DNA from: Cycas panzhihuaensis
Lineage: Eukaryota; Plantae; Cycadophyta
Direction: 5' to 3'
Assembly: GCA_023213395.1 (NCBI GenBank)
Contig: CM041465.1
Location: 221,657,741 to 221,721,740, forward strand
Length of the DNA stretch: 64,000 nucleotides
The notes under the pieces were generated by a model, which had not been told where the DNA came from, searched no databases, and saw only the letters and a list, made by a program, of their open reading frames with translations. This document shows positions 55,964 to 64,000 of this stretch, in pieces. The position numbers and the translations under genes were made by a program. Numbering within the stretch: position 1 is the first letter of the stretch; each line of letters opens with the position of its first letter.

Positions 55964-58511
55964 TTGTGTACACTTTCAATTATAAATGATAAAATTAGAT
56001 GTAGTGGGACAATTATTCTCATCTCCAACTTTACTCTCGATTCTTGCTATCTTCATTCTTCATTGTTCTTTGCCAATGCGTGGGTGTAAGTGATTAGAGC
56101 GCTAGATCCTTATCACCCCCTCCTTTGTCTAGCATGTAGCAAACCTAACAAAAAGAGAAGAAGTGGGTCCCACATAGGCTATACATGAGTCGGGTCATTT
56201 ATATCCTGGTCATCTAATAGAATATATAGAAATTACAAACATTATCATTCTAGGTGCTAATACATTACACCATAAGAGAGCTTCATACAAAGTTTAGACT
56301 GCTATCACCCTGGCTAATTGATGAAGTTGAAAGAGGAATAAGGTAGAGATCTATTTCAAAACTAGGAACAGATAAAGTTATTTCCATTAAGTGAGTCTGA
56401 GTTACAAGATAAGATAATTTGATACAAAGTTTTTTTAAGCTCAAAGATAAGGCATTCTCTAGTATAAAGGTTGAAAAAAATGTGCATTTTTCTTCTATTG
56501 ATTTAAAGAAGAATCTAATCAAAGATGGGTTGGTTAATACGTGATGAAGGAAATTATAAAGAATAGTATAAATTTATAAAAAATAAGTTTATTCTTATTG
56601 GCTCATAGGAAATTATCTTAGAAAATTTTACAAATTCAAATCTAACACCTGGGTTGGATGAAAAGGATAGTACTACATTTACCTGGATTGCATCCTTGTC
56701 AGGTGAAATGCTCAACAAAAGAGGCATATTTTCTTATTTTTATTATTTCACTCACAATGCCACTTATAGGGCACATAAGGCATATAATTTCTTGAAAGAC
56801 AAGTTTGGATTAAGACAAAATAGTTAACTTATAGAAGATGTAGAGGGTAATGTTATTCTCAAGGAATAGGTTACGAATAATAACCTAACTAAAAATAAAT
56901 TTAAAAAAGGATGAAAAGAGGAGCCAAGAAGGTAAACAATCCAACCATTTCATATTTTAAAGATGGTAAAAAGGAATCCTTTATCACTATTAACTCATAT
57001 GAAAATTTTCATTTTTTGATAAAAGGGAAGGAGAAAATGTATATGAATCCATGTATTTGATTATCAAGGTTTATGATCATTATGGTAAAGTAACTAAAGA
57101 AATCTCATCAATCATGGATAAAATTATTCATGATGATTCTATTAAAAGTATAGGTATTTCTAGTGATTTGGTTTTGAATCATCATTCAAAATTTGAAGCA
57201 AAGGAAAAAAATTAAAAAATAGAGACAATAAGGGATCATGCCAAATTGCCCTCATTTATATTCTATCCTAACATTCTGGAATACATGGTTCTACAAAAGA
57301 TATCTTGATGCAGGTACCTAATGAATATGAAAGTATTGTAGTGGATTTATCTTGTCTCCAAATATTTCTTTCTATTGGAAATACAACATAGGGCTACCGT
57401 AATGGAAAGATTGGATGCCATAATCATAATTACAATTGAGAGGATTTTTGCTAGACTACAGTTGTTGATTGGCCTTATAGTTAAATGTGTTTACACAGAA
57501 TCCTTTATGTTTTTATTTAGCATAAATGAATTCTTCATCCTCATTATTAAGGAGATTCTTGTTGTCTTAGCATACTCTATGAGAGTAATAGAGAACCTCA
57601 TCGAAGGTAATAAGATTACAATTAAAACAATGGGATGTGTCATAACAAAATTAGAGGTTGAAGATTATCTAAAAGTTGATATGTTTACATAGATTTTCCT
57701 ATGATTTGGATAGAATTCCTTAGAATAAAGGTGAAACATGTTATTGTGGGATGTTGTCCTTATGTAAAATTACCTGTTGTTGGAAAAGTTATACTTACCA
57801 AGCAAGAAGGAGTCATGGTAAATAATAAAGGGATATCAGTGGCCTGTTTGGTTGATGATAAGAGAATAAATCTATTAGGATAGACTTTATTAATAATAGC
57901 AAGCAAAAAATCTTTAAACTCATGTCCATGTTTTTACCTTGTTGTTTTGTCCGAAGATGATTTCATAATAGATGTGACTAATAATTTTGTTAGATGCTTC
58001 AAAGTAGAGTTTCTTAGAATAAGGATAATTATTCTAGAAGGTTATAAACTAGTAATAAAGGTGCAATATTTCATCAAATAAAAGGATCTAGTAAAGTTCT
58101 AGGGTGGTAACAATCTTTGGAATCATTGTTATTTCTTCATCACTTGTGTTTCAAAATAAGTTGAATGATTTAGAAAAGATAAATAATAGAGACTAAACCT
58201 ATTACAAAGTAGCAGAATTAAAGAGTTGTTAGTCTATTTATGAAAGAATAGGAGTTATTGCTACATTCCAAAAATATTTTGTTCAAGACAGGATGAAATC
58301 TTAAATGCAAACATCATCTTTAAAAGTTTTCCAAGGATAAAACATTACAAATTCAAAAGATTCTAAATACACATTATAAGGGGGATGTTGAATAATTTTG
58401 TAATGCACATGTATGCAAGTAGATGGCCTTTAGTTTATTGGTCAGTTAGAAGTATATTCTTAGTATGAAGTTTGAAAGTACCCTATTTTAACATTAAACA
58501 TTATAGGGGGG

Positions 58512-59063
58512 TGTTAAAATTGATGTTTAATATTCGGGTAGTAACATCCATAGGGTCTAGTGTTAAATGGTCTAATGTCATGAGGACAATATTAGCATTA
58601 GAATGTGGTAAACATATTAGTGTTTGCTAGAATAATGTTTTATCTATAAGTAGTTTGGTCAGTTTGTTAAGAGCATAAGAATGATCAATGTCAACATGAT
58701 AGGTGTCAACTTAATATAAAGTCATGTAGTGTAAATAGCTTATGTCGATAAGCCTTTGTCGACAAGTAGACTTAACCTAATTATTTACGAGTTAACCTAG
58801 ACCTTATAGGCATATGACATATCTAATAGTGACAAGTGTCAATCAGTTATATTTCTTTGATAGACTATTACTGAATTACAATGTATATTAAGGTGTACCA
58901 TATATGTATTGTAAAATGATGGAGAGGTCATTCTGAATCAATGAAATTCAAGTAATGGGTAGTCCAATTCTACCTGGTAATTTCTCTCTTATCTTTCTGA
59001 TTCATAGATGTGTTATTATTGCTTGTTGATTTTAGTTCCATATTTGATCCTTAAAATTTCACA
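58512..59063 (+). repeat. Element A 3' LTR
   Basis: TG...CA termini, preceded by PPT, followed by TSD CAAAC. Confidence 0.95.
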
Positions 59064-59464
59064 CAAACACCCATCATTATATATTAATTGATATAATGGT
59101 CAATAAAAGTTTAATATAAAACTATTTAAGGGTCAATGATTTATATCAAATTAGAACACCTATTTTAGAATGTTTAATGACCAAAAAAAAAATCTTAAAT
59201 TGTGTTATATATGATTGGTCCAAATAGTGTGTTTATAAATATAACAAATACTCATTTTTTTCATATGTAATTTTCCTTTGCAAATATTAAAATTTAATCA
59301 AGATATAACACTTTAAAATAAAATACTTAATAAGAACCTTATTTTCACCCCTTTTAAACACATTCACTTTTTGTCATTTATAAACATATTTGGAAATGAT
59401 AATAAATCTTGTAAATGTGTAATATGATTGCACTTTAAAATGGGTACTTATATAAGTGTTTATA

Positions 59465-59552
59465 TGCATGGTGGGGGGTGAGTTTACAAGACTCAAACCT
59501 GTGACTTTGTGTGCATGGAAGAGGGTGAGTTTATAAGACTCAAACTTGTGAC
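59465..59552 (-). repeat. 47-bp tandem duplication with tRNA T-arm/B-box-like core
   Basis: Minus strand (G)GTCACA(A/G)GTTTGAGTCTT(A/G)T occurs twice with period 47. Confidence 0.6.
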
Positions 59553-62500
59553 CTATCTAGCTTCTAAATGCCTTAATTTTAATTCATTAACCACCTACTT
59601 TATAATATAAAAATTAGTAAAGAAAAGAACAAGATTTATACACATTTTTTTAAAAGTTTAAATCTTAAATAATAGAGGTAAATATAGATAAATTGACCTT
59701 TAAATGATGTAAAATAATATCAATCTAATAATATGGAAAAAAATAATCAAAAGTTTAATTTAATATAATTTCATCATATTGAAATCAATACATTTGAAAT
59801 GCTATTTAAAAGCTAATATATATAAATTTTATACCAATGCATCGACGACAAAACATACGTGACAATGTATATATCAATGAACAATGAAAATGATTATAAT
59901 CAAACAAGATTCAATTGATAACATTCACGATTACAAAGAAATGAATAAAAAATTTATTAGTTGTTTTTAAAATCAAATATTTGGACATTTAGATAGGGCA
60001 ACCGAATCTAATGCTACAACTATGAAAAGTGGTTATGATGTTATCAAGAAAAAAAAGAACTTAAAATGATAGTATTAAATATATATGCCAAATCATATAT
60101 ATTATTATTGTCATGCATGTCTCTATAAGTTCATAATTGAATTATATCAATTGATTCATGACCATACAAATAAGGGCGATATATTTTTTTCACAAAAAGA
60201 GAAAGACAACTTATTGCATCAAAGAAATCAAGGTGTTTGAATTAACTTGATTATTGTATATATGATTGCTTTAGGAGGTGATTAATATGGCATAGAATAT
60301 ACAAACATTTAGCCAAATATTTAGATGATTTCATATGTAAATTATATAGAATATAAATGATTAATATGCATAATTAAACCTTGTGAGTGACTAGTAGGGA
60401 ATGAAATGGGTGGCTCTAATAACTTAACACTTTTTATTTGAAAAAATAAGGAGGACGGCAAATAAATTATTATGAGCAGACTAGAATAAGCATGGAATAA
60501 ACATCAATTAAATGATATCATCAAGTATAGATCATAATAGACTTGATCACCAAAATTAGCATTTCTTCATGCTATATTAGCTTATAACAGGTCCTATACC
60601 AGACTATGTGTTGAAACCTAATGAAGTTAGGATAAGGATTATTAGCATAAAGGATTGAGAAATAATGCATGGATATGATTAAGATTATGGTAACAATATA
60701 GAAGTGCTGGTAGTAAGATATCAAAAACCTATTTTATGCATTATTTTTTCTATTATTTCATTGAAATATTCTCATGTATAGTAATAATAGGTGTATTCCA
60801 TAAAAGGATGGAAAGTAAGAAAATAAACAATAAACCTACAATGTATTAACAAATTGGGAAATTACCATCCTAAGTACATTGATAGAATAATCTACTTCAT
60901 ATCTACAAAAAAAAAAAAAAAAATCAAATAAAACTCTCTTATCTGTCATAGTCCTCAATAGATGAAGAAGATTTTAACTCTCTTATTTATTCTATCCTTT
61001 CCTTTGTATAACTAGAAGTTGAACTCCAATCATATATTATCCAATTAAACAAACAATCTTCCAAAGTAATCACCAAAAGTCCATGAAGAGCCATACAAAC
61101 AAGTCTTAGTCAATCACAAGAAACATGTTCCCTTTTCGTTAATAATATAGCTAATTTATACAAGTGGGGGTGGGGAGGTATTCGTTTAATACATTAAGAA
61201 ATGAATTAAATGAATGCTAAGTTGAATCCTAATTTCCCCATACTAAATTTAATTAACATTAAATATATAACATTCCTTTAAAAGGGATATCTTAAGATCA
61301 TAGAATTTAATAAAATAAAGAAGAAATAACTCCCTAATCCCTAGTAAACTAACTCAAACCTAGGAATTAAAAAAACACGTTTAACATTTATTACTTCATT
61401 AATAATGATACATGTTTGGGATGAGATTAGGGGATAAAGTGTATGGAGGGTTATTGAGGGAATAAGTAGTGAAAGAGTATAGGTGGTTTAGGTTAAAAGC
61501 AAGGTTATGGAGTGACATATGTGAGAGATTTATAGGGGAGCAATAAAGGGTAAGTTCTCTTTATAGAAAAAAAATATTTTTATGGAAGCATATGGGAGAA
61601 ATGCCTTAGGATGGGTGAAGGAGGCTATGGAGTATAAGAGCATTGCTTATGACCCAGGTTATGAGACATAGAGAGACAAGAAGAAGAAGACAATGAAGCC
61701 TTGTAATAACTAGAAGAATGTACACTAGCTACTCTAAGTGAGAGAGAAAGTGTGGTGTAGATAAGAGGAACTAGGGTATCATGACAATAAGAGGGGTCCA
61801 TGTTTCCATCATGACATGATAGGGACAAGGAATGGGTGATACCAAAAGAGATCATGATTTCGATTATGAAGAGATTGGGGTTAAACAACTTAGGCTTTAT
61901 CTAAACTACTAGCTCATGGTAAGTAGGATTTCTAATTCCATAAGAAGTGGAAATTCATGAGAAATTACCTCATTTAAATTAACTTGTTACTCTAGTCTTA
62001 TGGTTCATTCAACTTCATATTACTTCAAGGTGGATTCTTGCTCACTTGGTTCATGCATATCAATTAATTTTTTGTTATAAATGGGTTCATTTTCACTTAG
62101 TTCATGCATGTTAGCTAGTTGTTTTTTAAATTGCTCATAAGTAGACTCTTCATTTTCAATGTCTTACTTTTAACATTTGTCCTTAAAACTCATAAAAGTA
62201 TCATCATTATATCCATGTCACCCCTACCACCTTTTTAAATGATTTGCATCAAATTCATTAAATAAAACTATTGAAAGACGCTTATAAAAATTTATCTCAT
62301 AGGTCCTCTTATGCTAGTTAACATACTAATCAAGAGAATTCCCTCACTAATTTGATTTAGCAAGTGTCTTAAAATCTTCATTCAATATATGAAGCTAAAG
62401 ATTATAAACAAATTCAACATTGTCAAGCCATTCTATAGGCTAAACATTTCTATCCCTAAAGAAAGATAGAATATCCATCATTGATTAACTTATTACATGC

Positions 62501-64000
62501 ATAATAATTACTCTTCATATAGATGCTAAGCACTTGGATAAGACATAATTTTCATCTAACTTGAAAAAACCCCAATGTGTGGAAACACCTTCCTTACACA
62601 TTAATAAGTAGATAGAACTAGAAAATAAAACACTTAATAAATCCAACTTGAATTTGAAGAGATGCCTCCTAAAAAGTAAATAACTTATTTTATTTCTACC
62701 TAAGTGTTGGAATCAAATATTTGAGTTAGAATGTTCTATGAATACTTTAAATTTAATACTTACAAAAAAAAAAAAAAATTGGGGGGAAAAAATACAATGA
62801 ACCTCATGTATTACTGATGCTTATGATAGAAGGGTTGATTTGACCTAAAATTCTATAAATTAAATATGAGAGTTTTAATTCAATGCTTCATTGAGCTATT
62901 ATAGATCAGTTATAGGGCTCATAGGGTAGTTTTATTACTATTGATACACCTTCATGAAGAGCACTAGATAATAATTAATGATAACCATAATTTATGTATA
63001 TAACTAGATGAGAATGTGAATATGTAATAGATTGATTACAAATAAAAGACAAATGAACATTGTTGGTAATATAACCAATGTGTATGAATATGACTTTTTT
63101 GGAATAGTCTCCATATCATGTGGGACTTTAAGATATTCAAGAGCATATCTAATAGAATTCATGGACCCTGACCCTATAAAGATAGCTTCAATGCCTGTGG
63201 ATCATGCCCAAACAACTATTCAATTATATAGAAGCTTTCATAGGCAATCAAAAGACACATTCATGGTGTAGATGAAAACTATAATTAGGTCACTCATAAA
63301 GAACTAATGTAGATCAATGCCAATCCTCAATCAATGCATAGATGCAGATACCAAACCTTAGTAGATCTGAAAGGTTCTCAAATTGAAGAGTGTTTTGGGA
63401 ATGAAATTGTAGAGAAAATAGGTTATTATGAGCTAGGTAGGCATATAATAGGTAGCAAGGCTATAAATTATCCTTTCAAGGGAGTGAATTACTCTTTTAC
63501 TACAATAACATTCCCAATTAGTAAAATTCTAGTAAATAATATGATAAATGGAAAAAAAAATAATTATAATGTAGTAAATATAATAATTTAGAGATAATAA
63601 TAGTTCATGAAATGAAAGTAAATAATTCAATGGATAATAGTCAAATAGAAATTATCAAGAATGAAAATATAATAGTAAAGCATAAATGCACCAAAGAACC
63701 CAACAAAATGTGTTAAAGTACTTAAATAGGGGATTATTCCATCATTTAGAAAATAATAATGATCATTCTCTTTATAAGCCTTTATTTCATTTGTATATGT
63801 CATTAACATTAAAGTTAACTTCAATAATTTAATAAAATAATGACAAGTTAACTTGCATTTCTTCCTTGGCATTTGTGTTACTACTAGTTCTTTAAAAAAT
63901 ACTCTATTAGAATGTTATTATTTAATGATATTGATCCAAAGTCACTATCTATATAGGACTTAAAGGAGGAGACAAAGATGAAGATTTGAACATTCATCTA

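Noticed and set aside
57375-57883. Hydrophobic ORFs in A as an env-like gene
   Set aside because: Short, no recognisable motif; I/L/V/F richness is expected from AT-rich decayed DNA.
60906-60923. Poly(A) runs (also ~5595, ~12017, ~62764) as retroposon tails
   Set aside because: No TSD or upstream SINE/LINE body could be identified.
60840-61890. Possible solo LTR or LTR fragments
   Set aside because: LTR-like ending GGGGTTAAACA at ~61888, but no partner, PBS, PPT or TSD could be fixed.

Overview
AT-rich, CpG-depleted eukaryotic DNA, almost certainly from a large land-plant genome (inference from the TE families). I find no host gene, RNA gene or CRISPR array. The window is a set of old, pseudogenised, nested retrotransposons, and most boundaries can be fixed by LTR pairs, PBS/PPT motifs and target-site duplications (TSDs). 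Left block: Copia-1 (-) carries a full-length L1 (+). Next come a truncated LTR element (E) and a Tat/Athila-like Gypsy (-). The Gypsy 5' LTR is split by Copia-2 (-, TSD AAGAT), which carries a second full-length L1 (-) in gag. Right block: a four-deep nest. Non-autonomous LTR element A (33620-59063, TSD CAAAC) contains Copia B (+, TSD TCTAG). B contains Copia C (-) in its 3' LTR. C contains a gag+protease-only Gypsy derivative D (-) in its RNase H, and D carries a ~1.45-kb (CA)n(TA)n array. The most interesting signal appears when C>T nonsense codons are restored: the Copia C Gag-protease linker then reads as a prion-like QQGG(P/A)-x-Y repeat domain. Other notable points are L1s with a C-terminal RNase H, two non-autonomous LTR architectures, and a hairpin-forming repeat array behind the PBS of A. 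I cannot show a wholly new biological system from this sequence alone. All divergence values are approximate hand counts.
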